DNA of 64,000 bases from Vicugna vicugna (taxonomy: Eukaryota). Under the pieces are notes generated by a model. The model did not search any database, had not been told where the DNA came from, and was given only the letters and a program-made list of their open reading frames with translations. A program made the translations under genes and the position numbers. This document shows positions 39,231-53,149 of the stretch, in pieces; position 1 is the stretch's first letter, and each line of letters starts with the position of its first letter. The stretch lies in assembly GCA_013265495.1 (NCBI GenBank), contig MU058198.1, positions 2,740,419 to 2,804,418 of the forward strand, given 5' to 3'.

Positions 39231-40036
39231 TGGGTACCCTCCATAGAGTAGACTGGTAGAGATGATTTTGAACCTAAAAATCAAAATGTGTGCTGGTAGC
39301 TATTTGCCCTGACTATAGAAAACCTGAATAATGCCCCCTACAAACATCTGACCCTGAATGGGGACAACATTTAGGGTGCATTCACTGTGGGTATGTCCCC
39401 TGGGGCAGGCTGTCAAGCTGAGTTCAAAGATACTTTAACACTGTTGCTCTGATACTCTCCCCTCTCACCAGTCTTCTTTAGGACCAAGGATTCCTAGAGG
39501 TCGCAGTTGCAGAGACAGGACAAGATTCCCAGCAGCAATGGAGGATAGATGCCAAGTGCTTGGGAGGTGAAGCATGTGTCACCCTGGAGGCGGACAGAAG
39601 GCAGCACCCCCTGGCCTCTCTTCTCTCTCTCTCTCTCTCCACACCCCAGGCGTAAGGCCGGGAGTGGGAGATCTTAACATTATTAGTAAAGAAAAGATTT
39701 TTCAGTTTTGCAGGGAGGGGGTAAGAGATGAGAGGACTCTTTTCAGCGGAAGAGTTTTAGAGGGACTTAGCTGAGAAGCAGAGTGGTGGAGAGAAGGATG
39801 AGATCTTCCTGGTGCTCCTGGGCAAGAGGTTCCCCAGACTTGTCTGGCCATCGGAATCCTCTGGGGCATTTTTCAGAATTTCAGCTTTTGAGTTGCAGCC
39901 CAGACCTACCAGATTAGAATCTCTCAGGGAGATTTGATGCTCGATAGATGGTTTAAAGGAAAAATGATCCAAAATGGTGTTTGGGCTTACTGTAGGAAAG
40001 GAGGCAGACAGAGGATCCCACTAGAAATAAAAAGTT

Positions 40037-40174
40037 GGGACGGTATAGCTCAGTGGTAGCGTGGGTGCTTAGCATGCACGGGGTCCTGGGCTCAATCCCC
40101 AGTACCTCCACTAAATAAATAATAATAGTAATCAATAAATAAACCCAATTATTCCTTCCCCCACCCCCGCCCGC
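40037..40174 (+). mobile_element. tRNA-Ala-derived SINE
   Basis: ggtatagctcagtggtag...cttagcatgcacggggtcctgggctcaatccccagtacctcca with A-rich and C-rich tail; short flanking repeat aaaagt. Confidence 0.85.
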
Positions 40175-40510
40175 AAAAGTAAGCACTGGGCTAGAGCAGT
40201 GCTTCTTCCAGTTTGGGGTGTTTATTTGTGATGGCACCAAGATAATTTCAGGTGTCACACAGACATCAGCTCACAAAGAAAGTTATTCTTTTCCAAACAT
40301 CTTCCCGCCCTTCTGACTACATCAAGGAGACTTCTCAGTCTGGTGCTAAAATGTCCTTAACACCTTTCTTGTTTATTCACCTTTTGAACAAAGAGAGAGC
40401 AAGTGTCAAACTCAGTGTGTAGCAGGCAACAATATCTAAAGGAAGAAATAACTCTGTTTTGTCTTTGTTATATGAGTTCTTAAAGTTCCCTTCAATTTGG
40501 GGAAGAGATG

Positions 40511-40511
<1 letters not shown>

Positions 40512-40545
<34 letters not shown>
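40512..40545. repeat. Poly(T) tract
   Basis: Run of about 34 T. Confidence 0.95.
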
Positions 40546-40548
<3 letters not shown>

Positions 40549-41622
40549 CACTTTAGAAACACCTAAATATAAAAGGTGAAATGATACAAAGAAATTGTAT
40601 AGAAATAATCATATTGTTGGTCCGTGGAGAGGGCGGAAACCATGTACCTGACTGAACTTCGGGAAACATTGCCCTGGAATGGTTCCAATTTCTGGCTTTC
40701 CTCCTCTTAGGAATCTGAGCATGGTGGAAAGGGCACCGAAAATGAAAGAACCCCCAGTAAATAGTGTCCACATCTTTCCTGCTTCCCTTTTATCCTTTCA
40801 TTTTATACTTAGAAGGGGGATTCTAGGCATGAAGACACCACCTCTTTTAGTATGTTAATAAATTATCAGAAATGAGTCCTTGTAACTCACAGTGTCATTA
40901 GATCGGGGTTGGGGATGGCTGGGAGGCAGAGACAGGGCAGTGGGAGGGATTAGGGAAGAGGCAGTCGCTGATGAAAATAAAGACGCATTTTCAAGGTCTG
41001 CAGCTAAGCCTCAAGCCGTCGCTGTGTGAGCAAGGAAGTGCTAGAAAGTTGTCTGTGTGAAATGGAGTGTAAACTGCAAACGTGTTATTGAGGTGGAGGA
41101 GAAGGGAGCAGAGACCGGGAGGAGGGCAGGGATGGATTGTGCGGACAGAAGGAGGGACCCACTTAGGAAGCATCAGCCCCCACCTCAAGTGCGAGACTCT
41201 GTAGCAGTTTGGCTGTCCTTATTTATACAATACCAGATAACGCTGCAGCTCACACCCCGTGTGTTTGCTGCCACATCTCCATCAACAGATGGAGGTAATA
41301 AAGAGGCTAAAAATGGAAACGCGAACTGGTGTGTAGCTCTGTTGTGGCCGTTTGTCACGAACAGTCAAGAATCCCTCGCCGGTGAGTGTGCTCGTCAAGG
41401 TCACCCATGACCTCTTTGGCATTAAATCTAACGGACACTTGGTTGGCCGGGCTGTAGCAAGGCCAGGGAGGCCAGTCTCTTGGGGCATGAGGTTGGCCGC
41501 TGCCCACTTGTGATGAACCCAGCTCAAGCAATGGTCTGGCTTCCCTGGGGCTTCTGGAGGCTGTTAGTTCCAGCATTGGTCAATAACCTGTGTAATTAAT
41601 CAACTTAAAGGGAGTGCTGTTA

Positions 41623-41790
41623 GCAATGGTTCTTGACCCTGGGTTCACACTAGAATCACCGAGGGAGCTTTAAAAATAATACCAGTCCTAGACCTCACCC
41701 AGGACCAGTTGGTGGGGCCTCCGGTATCGGCATTTTTAAAAAGTGCTCTGGTTGATTCTCATGTACAATCAGGGCTGAGAACCACTAGGC
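41623..41790. mobile_element. MER5A-like MITE
   Basis: caatggttcttgaccct...tagaatcacc...gggctgagaaccact; inverted termini. Confidence 0.7.
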
Positions 41791-42410
41791 TGGATCATTA
41801 AGAGGCCAAGTTCAGACACATGTGGGATGTCAATCTTGCTCCTTCTCTAGTCTGTGACCTCCTGCCTCTTCGTAGTACACGCTGAACTGGGGTGGAGAGG
41901 GGTGACTGGCACTGAGAGAGCAAGAGATCATAATTTATTTCAGCAAAAACCAACTGATGCAGTTTTCAGACTCCTTCCAATTTTATATAAATAATCCTGT
42001 AACCAACAAATTACCTTATACACTATCCTGTGTATGTATCCATCATCTATTTCTTGGGATAAATTTCTACCCTGAATAAAAAGGCATGAATATTTTCTAA
42101 AATTCGTAGTACACATTGCCAAATTGTCTTCCAGAACAATTGTTCCAATTGACATACTCAAGGATGCATGAAGGTGGTGTTTCTCCATCTAGTTAATGGC
42201 CTGGAGCTCATCATTTAAAAATTATTGGCTGACTTGATTGGTAATAAGTTCTATTTAACGTAATTTTATTTTCCACTATGTTAATGTTCAGTTTTTTCAC
42301 TATATTAGTCATTTGTATTTCTTCTTTACTGAAATGCCTATTCATGTGATTTGATGATTTTTCCATTGCGCAGTTTATCATTTCTTACCGATTTTTTTTG
42401 AACAGTAAAG

Positions 42411-42462
42411 TTTTTTTTTAATTTATTGAGGTATATTGACATATAATTTATTAATTTCAGGA
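42411..42462 (-). mobile_element. Ultra-short L1 3' end (52 bp)
   Basis: Poly-T + aatttattgaggtatattgacatataa; perfect 12-bp TSD tgaacagtaaag (42399-42410, 42463-42474). Confidence 0.8.
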
Positions 42463-43710
42463 TGAACAGTAAAGCTTGAGAAGCATTCATTAGATGATCA
42501 TGTGTAAGTTAGCGACAATTCCACATTCACCCCATGAATATAACTTTAGCGCTGTACAGTTACTCTCATACCTTCATTTACCTTTCACCCTTCAAACTTA
42601 CTGATGTTTCAATGCTCTTTATTATACCTTTACATAAGATATATACTCTTTAATATATCTCTCTATATATACCTCTATATTAAGGCTATTAAACTTTGTG
42701 TGTCATATACATTGCCATCTACATTGTCCTTGGCGTCATCTGCTTTTAATTTTATCTGAGACTTTTTAGATGTACAAGTGTGAACTGCTGATGTAGCTAA
42801 ATCTACCAGTCTTATCCTTGATGGTATCTGTCACTGCTTTTAGGGTTAAAAATTTCTCTTTTTATCTCAAAATGTTCCTGTAATTATTTTATGACCTAAT
42901 TTCTACTACAAAATCCTTTGATGCATCTGGAATTTGGTTTTGAATTTGTTTTGGCTAACAAACTGCCTTAACTCCAATACCCACGTGCCAGCTCTATCCC
43001 ATGCTGAACATGAGGACCCGTTTTGTGAGTTTTCTCTTTTGCCGCATTGATCAATCTGTCTGTTCTGTCTTGATATAAACATGCTGCTTTAATTATGGTA
43101 ACTTTATCATTTATTTTATGATCTCACAAAAAGTACATTATTCTTATTTTTATTTTCAAAAGCATTTCGTCTATTCTTTATGTTTCTCATTTGAATTATT
43201 ACTCTGGAAACGCCTTGTAAAATTTTTACAAAATTAATGGATGTTAAGACTATATTGTTTGAAAATTCTGACAAATGTGTCTATGGATTCAAAGAGAGAG
43301 TCCAGGGAGGAAAATGGAGTATTTTCTATCTGTGAGCAAAGAGAGGACTATTCAGTGATTGATTTTGGACAAATGCTTATTCATTTGGAAAAACATTAGA
43401 ATGCTACCTTAAATTATATACAAAAATAAATTTCCGGAAAATCGGCAAAGTCCACGAACAGTCAATTTACAAAGAATCCTAAGTGGCCAAGAAACATATA
43501 AAAAGATTTTCACCCTCAGTGGTAATCAGGAAAATGCAAATAAAAACAAAAATTAGGTACTATCTTTCTTCCATATGATAGGCAAAATTATTTGTAAAAT
43601 ACAATTTCTTAATGTAGAGTTGATGAGCTTGGGAGGCATTGCTGGGGGAGTGTGGATTAGCATAGACAAGTTGGAGGGAAACTGGGGAAGCGCCATTAAA
43701 ATTTAAAGCA

Positions 43711-43803
43711 GGGAGGGTATAGCTCAGTGGTAGTGTGTGTGCTTAGCATGCATGAGGTTCTGGATTCAATCCCCAGTACCTCCATTAAAAATAAAAATAA
43801 ACA
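43711..43803 (+). mobile_element. tRNA-Ala-derived SINE, short form
   Basis: gggagggtatagctcagtggtag...ttcaatccccagtacctcca + A tail, no C-rich segment; TSD aaaatttaaa(g/a)ca (43698-43710, 43804-43816). Confidence 0.85.
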
Positions 43804-44194
43804 AAAATTTAAAACACGCACACCTGATGGCCCAGTGAATCCATCCAGAGAGATACTGGCTCGTGTACAGAGTGAAGGCAAGAAAGAGCTGGGCTCTACC
43901 AGTTGCTAAAATACTTCTATTTCGGTTGGTAGATAGCCCCACCTCAGGTTCTATAAGTGCCCTTGACCCCTACTGTCCACACCACTTTAACCTTTTCCCT
44001 TCAGCCCCACGCTGTCCCGTGATCCAGCAACTAAAGAGTTAATGAGTTAACTGGCACAGAGGGAGGTCAGGGACCCCCTACTCTAGCTCTGGCCTAGGGT
44101 CTGTTCTAGTTGCCTGTGAATATATGACCGTGATCCTTGTGTTAAAAGATGTTCACTGAAGCATTGTAAGAACAGCAGATTGGAAACAACTTGA

Positions 44195-44660
44195 GGCAGA
44201 AACCGCTAGCTGCTTGCCAAATATCCCTGTCTCCTTCAAAACAACAGAACCTATTAAGATCACTGCCCATCAAAAGAGAGTTCATGTCCCAGGTTTTCTT
44301 ACGGCCAGGTGAGGCCATGTGATTAAATTCCAGCCAAGAAACGGTGAGCGGACATTTGCATGGGACTTATAGGAAATCTGAAAAGGGAAGGTGGGTACCC
44401 TTCTTCCCTTCCTCCATGCAGTCACCTCTACTGAGGATGTGATTGTGAGAACTGCAGATCCCACCTTCAACCACAGGGAGGTGGGACACATCCAAGGTGA
44501 CCAAGAGCTGGAAGCTGGGTAACTTCATGGAGCCGCCATACAGACACAGACTGCCTACGTCTGCATTTCCTTTAAACAAGGCTAACTGATACCCTATTCA
44601 AAGTGCTGTTGCTTTGTGTTTCTCAGTTAGATGCAGCCAAGTGAAATCACAATGGATACA
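44195..44660 (+). mobile_element. MaLR LTR (MLT1J-like)
   Basis: ggccatgtgattaaattccagccaa...gttagatgcagccaa...aatggataca. Confidence 0.6.
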
Positions 44661-46030
44661 AAACTAAATGCCTATTCACAGGGAAATGGTTAAATCAACC
44701 GTGATCTATAAAAAAAGTAAACTGGAAACAACAGGAGGCATCATACATATGATGAAATACTTTGTAGAGACTGAGTTAAATCCACAGGCATTAACACGTT
44801 GAGTGAAAAAAGCAAGTTGCAGAATACCGTAATTATACGTGTATACTTCTCCTCAAGCCCCCAAGAATGCTGGTTTTTCCCATTTTTTCTATACCTGAAA
44901 GCATAGAAGAAAGACTAAAGCACACTACCTAAACTGTGATAATGTTAGCCACTTTTGGGGAGAGGACAAAAATTGCTGGGGTACGGTCAGAGGGCACCTT
45001 CCCTTTGGCTGCATTATTCTACATTTTTTACAAAAGGAATGATTCGTGTACTACTTGTATGGTACAAATTAATTAGGTTTCCCACCTACCCACCAGCTGA
45101 CCTTCTAAAGCTGTTTACTTGCCCACTGCTTGCCACCTGCAGGGTCCACATTTGATATCTGTCAGAGCTTAAGACTCAGACCTGGAGGAGCAGCCTCTCT
45201 GGCACACAGAGATTAGCTGGAGAGACACCACCTGAGTGCTTTTTTGTTAGAGAAGTTCAAGGTCCTTTCAGAACCCCTCTGTCACACAAATTGTATTTCT
45301 TACAATACCACTGTGTCCAAAGGAATGAAATAAAAGTATTAACCTACATGAGCAAAGCAGGTGAGAGGACTCATCAGCAAAGGAGAAATTACAATAAAAA
45401 ATTGGAAGAATCACCCAGCACAGCAGAGCTGAGAAAGGTGCCTTGAATACCTAAAGTAGGCAACACTGCCAGACAGTCTTCAAAGGGTTCAGTTCTTGGA
45501 GCCATCAGGTGTTGCAGGAAGCAGGAAAGAGGTACAAGCCTGAGCAGCTGCACCCCTAGGTCTCCCTTGCCATGCACACAACTGGGAAATTGTGCTGCCC
45601 CCTCTCCAGTCACTAATTCTACAGAAAAGTTCACTAAGCTGACCTCTAGAGAGGGAGACCGCAGAGTGATGAGAAGGGGAAGAGTGTGTTGGAATGAACC
45701 AAGAGGAAATTCAGGGAACCAAAGTCATCTTCCAGTATTTATTCACAGGTCCCCTGCCAGATTCTTCTGATTATTTCTCATTTTTGAATGAGGCCAGTTT
45801 GGAGTCTGCTAGTTGCTTAAGAATAGTTGGGGTGGGGGCGGCAGGGTTGAAGGGAGCAATCTGGGCAGTTGACAGTTTTATATTGGTTTCATTGTCTCAA
45901 AACAGTTCTTACCAAGTTGACAAGTCTTTAGCCCCTGGGGCAGATCTTCTCCCTGAGTGAGATCAGAAGCCTCAGAGGGCTTTAAACAGGAGGCGCCCTC
46001 TCACTCTTGAGATGATTTTAAGAAGAACTA

Positions 46031-46730
46031 CTGTGGTTGTACCACTCAGTATCTGCTCAGGAAAACAAAATATTCTGGGTATTTTAAACAGAAAGAATTT
46101 AATACAGGAGATTGGTTCTAAAAGTGATGGAAGGGTAGGAAAAGCAAAAAGGGAAGGACAAAGTTGTTTAGAAATTAGTAACGGCAGAAACCATCTCTAG
46201 GCTACAGAAGTAAAGGGGAAAATGATGCTGCCAGAGCCCATGATTGCTACATCACTGGAACTGCGGGAGTGTCTGCTACTGTTCCTGCTGCCTTAGGAAC
46301 CACAGCCACATCCATGTTGCAAAAAGCCAGGAGATCACACTCCCACTAACACTGCAGGATCCCAGGGCCCCCAGATCGTCTGAGAGGTGAAGGGTCTACT
46401 ACACCAAGAGCTCTGTGCTGCTGAGGTTATAGGAATGCCCACTTCAACCTCCACGCTACATGAACAAGAAATTAGAAACGTGCATTTAACCACCACGTCT
46501 GCTGTCACTAATGCTATATGACACATTTCTAGAGGCAAAGCATGGTTTCTCCCTTCCATTTGTTTTCCAGTCTCCTGCCAGGAACTCCCATTGGGCAAAC
46601 CTAACGGGAAACCAGCTGGCAAGCAATTCTGGGAAATGTAGCTTTCAGGCTTCTAGCGTCTTGCAATCCGAAGGAAAGCATGGAAGAATGGGGACAGAAA
46701 TGCGAGAAGAGAAGTGACTGATTAGCTACA
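46031..46730 (-). mobile_element. Old ERVL-type LTR
   Basis: caggaaaacaaaa...ggtattttaaacagaaagaatttaatacaggagattggtt...ccattgggcaaacctaac...ctgggaaatgtag. Confidence 0.5.
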
Positions 46731-46731
46731 G

Positions 46732-48320
46732 CGGGAAATTAGGTGAGAACGAATGATAGCTTGGACTAAGAGGATGGCAATGGAGGTGGGGAGAGGCAGT
46801 CAAATTCAGTATATGTGTTGAGGGGAGAATCAACAGGATTTGCTCACAGATCACATGTGGGGTGTGAGAGGAAAAGAGTAGTCAAGCCTAGTTCTAGATT
46901 ATTCTTGGCTTGAGCAAATGGAAGATGAGAGTTGTCATTTACACAGATGACCAAGACTGTTGCTCAGGTTATAGGACTGTGATAACAGTGGGTTAGGGAA
47001 CTAGTAGGAGTGTGGTTTGGGACATGTGTGGTTTGAGATGTCTGTTAGACATCCAGGTGGAGATGTCTGAGTGGACAGCTCAGGGGAAAGGAGATATGAA
47101 TTTGAGATGCAGTAGTGTATGAGTGGTATGGAAAGCCATGAACTTAGGATGTCCTTAGGGAGTAAGTGTAGACAGAAAAGAGACGGTGTCTAAGGACTAA
47201 TTCCTAGGATATTACAAGTTAAAGGTCATGGAGACAAAAAGAAACCATCAAAAGAAGCTTAGAATGAGAAGTAGAGAGGTGGGGGAAGAAACACACACCA
47301 GAAGACTGTGGTGTCTTGAAATCCTGGTGGAAAAAAATGTTTCAAGAAGAAGAGCGTCAACTGCGTCAAATGCTGCTGATAGGTCAGGTGCAATGAAGAC
47401 TAACAACTGACCTGAGTTTAGCACTATGGATGTCGTTGGTGACCTTAGGAGAACAGTTTTAGATGAGAGATGGGAGCATAAGCCAGACTGGAATGGACTC
47501 AAGGATGAGTGGATGGAGAGACTTCAGAGTCAGTGAGTAGAGATCTCTCTTAAAGAATTGAGATGTAAAGAGAGGAAGATAAATGGTGCTCTAGTTGGAG
47601 GAGAGATGAGGTCAAGACAGGGTCCTTTCTCTCTTTCCTTTTTAAGATGGAAGAAATATCAAGTATGCTGAAGGGAAGGACCCAGCGGAGAGGGAGAAAA
47701 CTGATGATGCAGGAGAAAAAGGGAAGGATTTCTGGATTCATGTCCTTGAACAGAAGAGAGTGGCCTGGATAGAGGACACAAGTGGAGGGGTTGGCCTTAT
47801 TGAAAAACACAGGCCATAACATCACATTAGCAGGAAAATGAATAGACTATATGACCATAGCTACAGGCAGGTGGGTAGAGGCGGTGGTAAATGTTCTCCT
47901 TTAATTGTTTCTATTTACCAGCGAAGTAGGAAGCAAGGTCATCAGCTGACGGGGAAGGGAAGGAGGTGTCAGAGGTTCAAGCAGGGGAGGGAAGGAACTG
48001 AATGGTTATATAGGGGAATGGGAGAATGAATAGACTAGGGAAATGATTGCTGGGAAGTGTCAAGGGTCCACTTGAGACTGAAAATTTTGAATTTTAAGTG
48101 AGACTAGTCATCATGCTTGTGCATTTTCTGTGTTCAGCTGTGTGGGTGCAGACACTAGGCACTGAGTGGGCAGAAAGTTGATTTCTTTCAACTAGGAAAT
48201 ACAGCATGGTGAGAGAGGGTCAAGGGAGTTGATGATATAAGCAAAAAAGTGATTATCATGTTTATCTGTGGAATTTAGACTGAATAAAGAGGGAAGAGGA
48301 CACGAAGGAGGTGATCAATA
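46732..48320 (-). mobile_element. L2 LINE ORF2 (RT) remnant
   Basis: Minus ORF 47248-47502 PFQSGLCSHLSSKTVL...SGQLLVFIAPDLSAAFDAVDALLLETF resembles the L2 RT motif QSGFR..HSTETAL...DLSAAFDTVDH.LLLE. Confidence 0.85.
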
Positions 48321-51109
48321 AACAGAGAATTCAGTCCTTTAAGTTGTTTCACGTCCTCAGGGCTAAATTTGCTTTCCTCCAGGCAAAGGAGTCTTTGAGG
48401 GTATTACAATATACATTTGTTGAACACTTGCCATGAACTGTCCAGAGAGGATATTTGGTTACTTCCCTAGAAACATGTAAAATATCAGGGAATTAAGTTG
48501 GATCCAAAGTAGCAGGGGTCTTAGGTGATTACTGAGGACAGAGGTTGATTTTACTTTATTGTCAATAAAACTTTCAAGTAGGTTGAAAGATGCATATCTA
48601 GTTGAAAAGTACCTCTCTGTATCAATCAAAATAGCTAAAGTCAAAAAGAGATCTTACTGATGGATGTAACTGAAAAGTTTGCAGCATAATAATGGCTAAT
48701 GTTTATTGAGGGCTTCTTGTTAGTGAGGCTGTGCTCTGAATGATTACATTTATAATCTTGTTTAATCTTATTAGCAGAGCCAGGATTTGAACTCAGGCTG
48801 TGTGCTTCCAGACCCTACACTTCTAACTACTATATTTTACTGTCTCTTGAACAGATAGCTTCAGGCAAAGCTTGATCCAGGGATTCAAACATCATTACCA
48901 AGACCCAGTCTTTCACTCTCACTTTCTGCTCACTTCCGTGGTGAATTAATTCATATGCATGCTAGATTTTCTCCATTCGTTAGCTGCACCCTTATACCAT
49001 CCTTACATCTAGCATTCCCAGCAGAAAGATTTTTCTCTTTCTGAACTACAAGACTTATCTAGGTCTGTACTTAATGATATAAAATAGATTCACAATATTG
49101 TTAAGTTAAAAAAACAGCTTACAAATTAGTAGCGATGGGCTGACCCATAAACAAACAAATGGATGCATTTATAATTGGAAGGATGTAAAAAGAATAATGA
49201 CAGTTATTTCTCAGTGTTATGATTTGGGGGGATCTTTTTCTTTTTGCTTCTCAGTATTTTCATTTGTTTCTTCCTGGAGAATATATTACCTGTATAATAA
49301 AAATGCTGAAAGGAAACAAGAAACTCAACATAAGCTGACAAATATATCTCCCTAAATTGTTCTCTGAAGCTAGGTAGCTCTTCCACTCCTCCACCACTAA
49401 AATCTGAATCTGTGTCACAGGGCATTGATAAATGGGGGGTGATGACACCAGTTGTGACAGTCTTATCTGCTTCCATTTGGTTAAAGACACAGAGATGAGA
49501 GAGTTTCAGCTCAACCGGATTATTGCACAAGTGAACAGGCTCAGTGTCTTCCCTGACATTACAAATAATTCACTTTGGGATTTTTTTGAAATGAAATATT
49601 TGTTCTTTTTTGGAAGCCCTGATGGGGTAATATTTAATGGTCCAGCAAGAAGGAGAAAAGAGATAAAGAAACCACGGGAGTCGCAACATGAAAAAAACCA
49701 GCCCAAATTCCAAGTACCAGGCTGAGTTGGAACTAGCTGTTTAATCCCCGCCACCAAGGAGTTTACAGTCTTACTAGGAAGACAAGATGGAAAGATAGGG
49801 TGAAGATAAGATAATGTGGATTAAATAATGCAGGATGGGAGGCGGGGGCGTGTACTGACCTGAGGGAAGATTATGGGTAAAGCTGATCGTTGGTCTCTCA
49901 ATTCTTTTTTTTTTTTTTTTTGCACTCATTTCCCTCTTCTTCACTCTGCAGCATCTATGAGAACACAGAAAATTCACCCTACTTGACACTGTTTTCTTAT
50001 TTATAAAGTAGGGATATTAACAATCTGTGTCATGTTTATTGAGACGATTAAATTAGGTAATGCACTTAAATGCTTTGCCCAGTGCTTGCTGCTGAGTAAA
50101 TGCTCAGTAAGGAGTACTTGTTATTATTATGGCTACTATTGCCAATGGCAGAAGTAAACCAACACGGAGAGTGACAAAGGCTTGGAATCTTACAAAACAC
50201 TTAAAATCAACCATGGTTCCTGGTCTTTTAGATTTGGTTCCCTTCTAGAGGCAATATCTGTCCCTTGAACTTTTGCCCTCTGATTTTATCCAGAGAAGTG
50301 AATATGCATAAAATCTTCTCTCATCCTCACTCCCAATCTCTTTCTTAAATGTAGAATATCCATTCACATCCTCTTGGCTCAGATGTGAACTTTGCATCTC
50401 ACACAACCTGCAGACCATGTGACTTCATTTCACAGTCTTTTGCCTCAAAAGAACCACCCTCTTTGGAACATTTTCTCACATTTTATGAAACTCAGCACTA
50501 GGGAAAATTTTTGAAAATGACACTGACATAAAACTGAATAATGAAGCTTGATTGGGTCCAAAGACTTAGGGAAAGAAAGCGTCCTTATTTTATAATTTCA
50601 AATTCAAGGTCTTAACACGCGGGGTATTAGAGTGGAAAGGAAGACTCAAGATACTGCTGACACAAAAGAGAAAACGGACTCAGAAAGAAAAGGATGAGAA
50701 AGAAATACGTTCTGTGGTTGCTACTCTGTTTATGAGCCCAATTCTCCAGCCTTCTTATTAAATCTGTGTACTGTCTTGAAGTGCTTTTTCTGTGTGAGCT
50801 ATTTCAAATTCTTCTTTTTGCTTATATTATTAGCCAGAGTCAGTTTCTGTTGCCTGCAGTTCAGTAACCCTTACTGATTTATAAATAAAGGGGGAAAAAA
50901 GGCAATTAAGAGTCAGAAGGAAATAAATAAGATACAGAGAGGAATAGAGATGATGGATAATGCAGTTGGATCCTCTGACTGTCCAGATTTTGAAGAATTC
51001 CAGTCTTAGTCTGTGTATATCCTTAGAAATAAGCCCCCACTCCACCTCCACCATTTTTTAATTTAAATAGTCCCTGTTCCTTGTAATTGAGGTGGCAACT
51101 ATCTTTTGG

Positions 51110-52015
51110 ATTAGTCAAGACTCTTTCAGTTGCAAGTAACAGAAAGACAACTAGTCCATTGGAGCAAAAAGGCCAGGGACCATGCTTCTGGCACAGCTAG
51201 ATTCAGTTACAATCAGGACTCCAGTTCCTCAACTTTTGGTCTTGCTTTCTTCTGTGTTTGCTTCATTCCCCTGAGTTTCCCCTCTCGATGGCAGAGATGG
51301 CCACTGGAAGGTTCAGGCTTATTTTATATTAGTTCATCATCTCAGAAGAAAAAGTTTCTCTTTCCAACAGTTTAAACAAAAGTTCTCTAGTTGATGCTCA
51401 CTAAAAAATTAGAGTCGAGTTGCTTTCGATCACTGAAATATGATTAGAAAGTTGTGATTGACTGGGCTTGGCCAGATGCCTGCCCTTGAACTAGGCTCAG
51501 CCTACACAAACCTACATAAGGAAAGAATGAGAGAGAGAGAGAAAACTCTCCAAGAACCCAAGAATGGTAGCAATTACCAGTTGCTCTCCATAAGTTTTCT
51601 TCAAGTTCTTTCTGGCTAACAAAACACCTGAATATTAGCCAGGACTATAGCCACCCAGAATTAAGACTACATTTCAAAGGGTCTCTTGAAGGTTGAAGGC
51701 CAGGTGATGATGTTCTGACCGACTGAATGCAGCTGGAAGTGATGCAGGCAACTTCTAGGAAATGTCCTCGAAGGGACATGCCATGTCTTTCTGTCCTTTT
51801 TCCTTATGCATGTCTGGGATGTGGACAGGATAGTTGGAGATGAATAAGTCATCTTGGACTATATGGTGAGTTGGGGATGGAGGAAACATGGCGGACCCTG
51901 GGTCCCTAACACCAGAGTCATACTAGGCCTGAGTCACCTTCATCTTCTTTCACATGATAGAAAAGTGAGTGTGATCTGACAAGCCACACAACTCAACATA
52001 ATCCTACCAGATGCC
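51110..52015. mobile_element. Two old MLT1 LTR fragments
   Basis: tagtcaagactctttcagttgcaagtaacagaaa (minus) and ggccaggtgatgatgttctgacc...ggaagtgatg...aacttctaggaa (plus). Confidence 0.55.
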
Positions 52016-52849
52016 CCCAAAGAAAAATCCTGGCACTTCTGGGGGAAAAATAGAGGGAGAGCTTAATGCACAGGCATGTCCACTGTCTCCCTCCTGAAAA
52101 TTTTTATCTAAGTCGTGGTCACTATTCTGGTTGGAAGTTTGAAGAGGGAAATCTGCATGGCTCTGATGTATCTGAATATCCAGAAATTTCAGAGTTTATA
52201 AATTCAAAGATAAAAATAATTTAAAAATTAAGCCAAGCACAGAATTAGGAGATATAACTATATCCATGGTTCTTTTCCCCCTACGGGAAAAAAAAGCACT
52301 TGTCAGAGTGGATTAATCCACATTTAACCTTGTAATTTTAACAATGAAATGTGGAAATAGCACGTTCACAATGTGGAAAACTGTTGAAAGTACTTATTAG
52401 AACTCCTTGCAACATATGTGTTTTGACACTTTTATTAAAAATTTGAGTGAGGAATTAATTAATTGTAATCAAACACAGAGATGACATGATGCCAACAGAG
52501 TGGTTCATGCCTTGAGTAATGAGAATCATAGAATTAAGCAACATCAGAACCCCAAGAGGTTTCAGTTTATCCTAATTCCCATTTTAGCTGAGGTTCAGAG
52601 AGGTCAACCCACTTGCCCAAGGTACCCCTGGAATCAAGGGTAAAGCGGCTAGCATATCATCTTTCTACTTTTTTTTTTTAATAAATGAAAGCTATGTCAT
52701 GATTCAAGATTCAAGTAGCTTTTTTTTTTAATTGGAGGAGTGAGCTGATGAGACAAGATACAATTCAATCAGGTCAAATGTGGAAGGACCTACATGTTGG
52801 GTCCAAAAAAGCTCGCTATGCAAGCACAGTATGGGGTAGATGTGTCTTA

Positions 52850-53130
52850 ATCAGAAGCACTTGTAAGAAACAGAGATGTTACTTGGCTGCAAGCTTGAGC
52901 TGGCAGCAGCGTGATGTAGCTACAAGAAAAAGATCATGAGGTCATGGGTGGCATTACTAGAAACAGAGTTTACAGAAGGGAGATGAGAGCTCCATGGAAC
53001 GTCTCAGTCTGCTGAACTTTTCAATCCATACCTGGAATTCCTCATTCAGTCCCAGGTGTCAGAGTTCGGAAGTGATATAGACAACTTAGTTCCGATGTAG
53101 GGTGGAGTTATGTGAGGCATGGTCAAAGGA
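52850..53130 (+). mobile_element. L3/CR1 fragment
   Basis: caagcttgagctggcagcagcgtgatgtagctac...ggcattactagaaac...catacctggaatt...attcagt; same region as 31880-32060. Confidence 0.55.
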
Positions 53131-53149
53131 AGTCAGGGAATTGCAAAAC

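Larger units (their letters stand above)
41940..45070. mobile_element. Old L1 (L1ME-like) fragments: minus to about 43250, plus from about 43330
   Basis: Antisense cacattgccaaattgtcttccaga, catttgtatttcttct; sense aatcaggaaaatgcaaataaaaac, gatgttcactgaagcattg, gagtgaaaaaagcaagttgcagaa. Confidence 0.6.

Noticed and set aside
22768..43774. Five tRNA-Ala(AGC) genes
   Set aside because: Each has an A-rich tail, flanking direct repeats and stem mismatches; they are SINE copies, not bona fide tRNA loci.
41940..45070. Twin-primed (5'-inverted) single L1 insertion
   Set aside because: The minus and plus pieces appear to cover overlapping ORF2 regions, which fits two independent old copies; no enclosing TSD seen.
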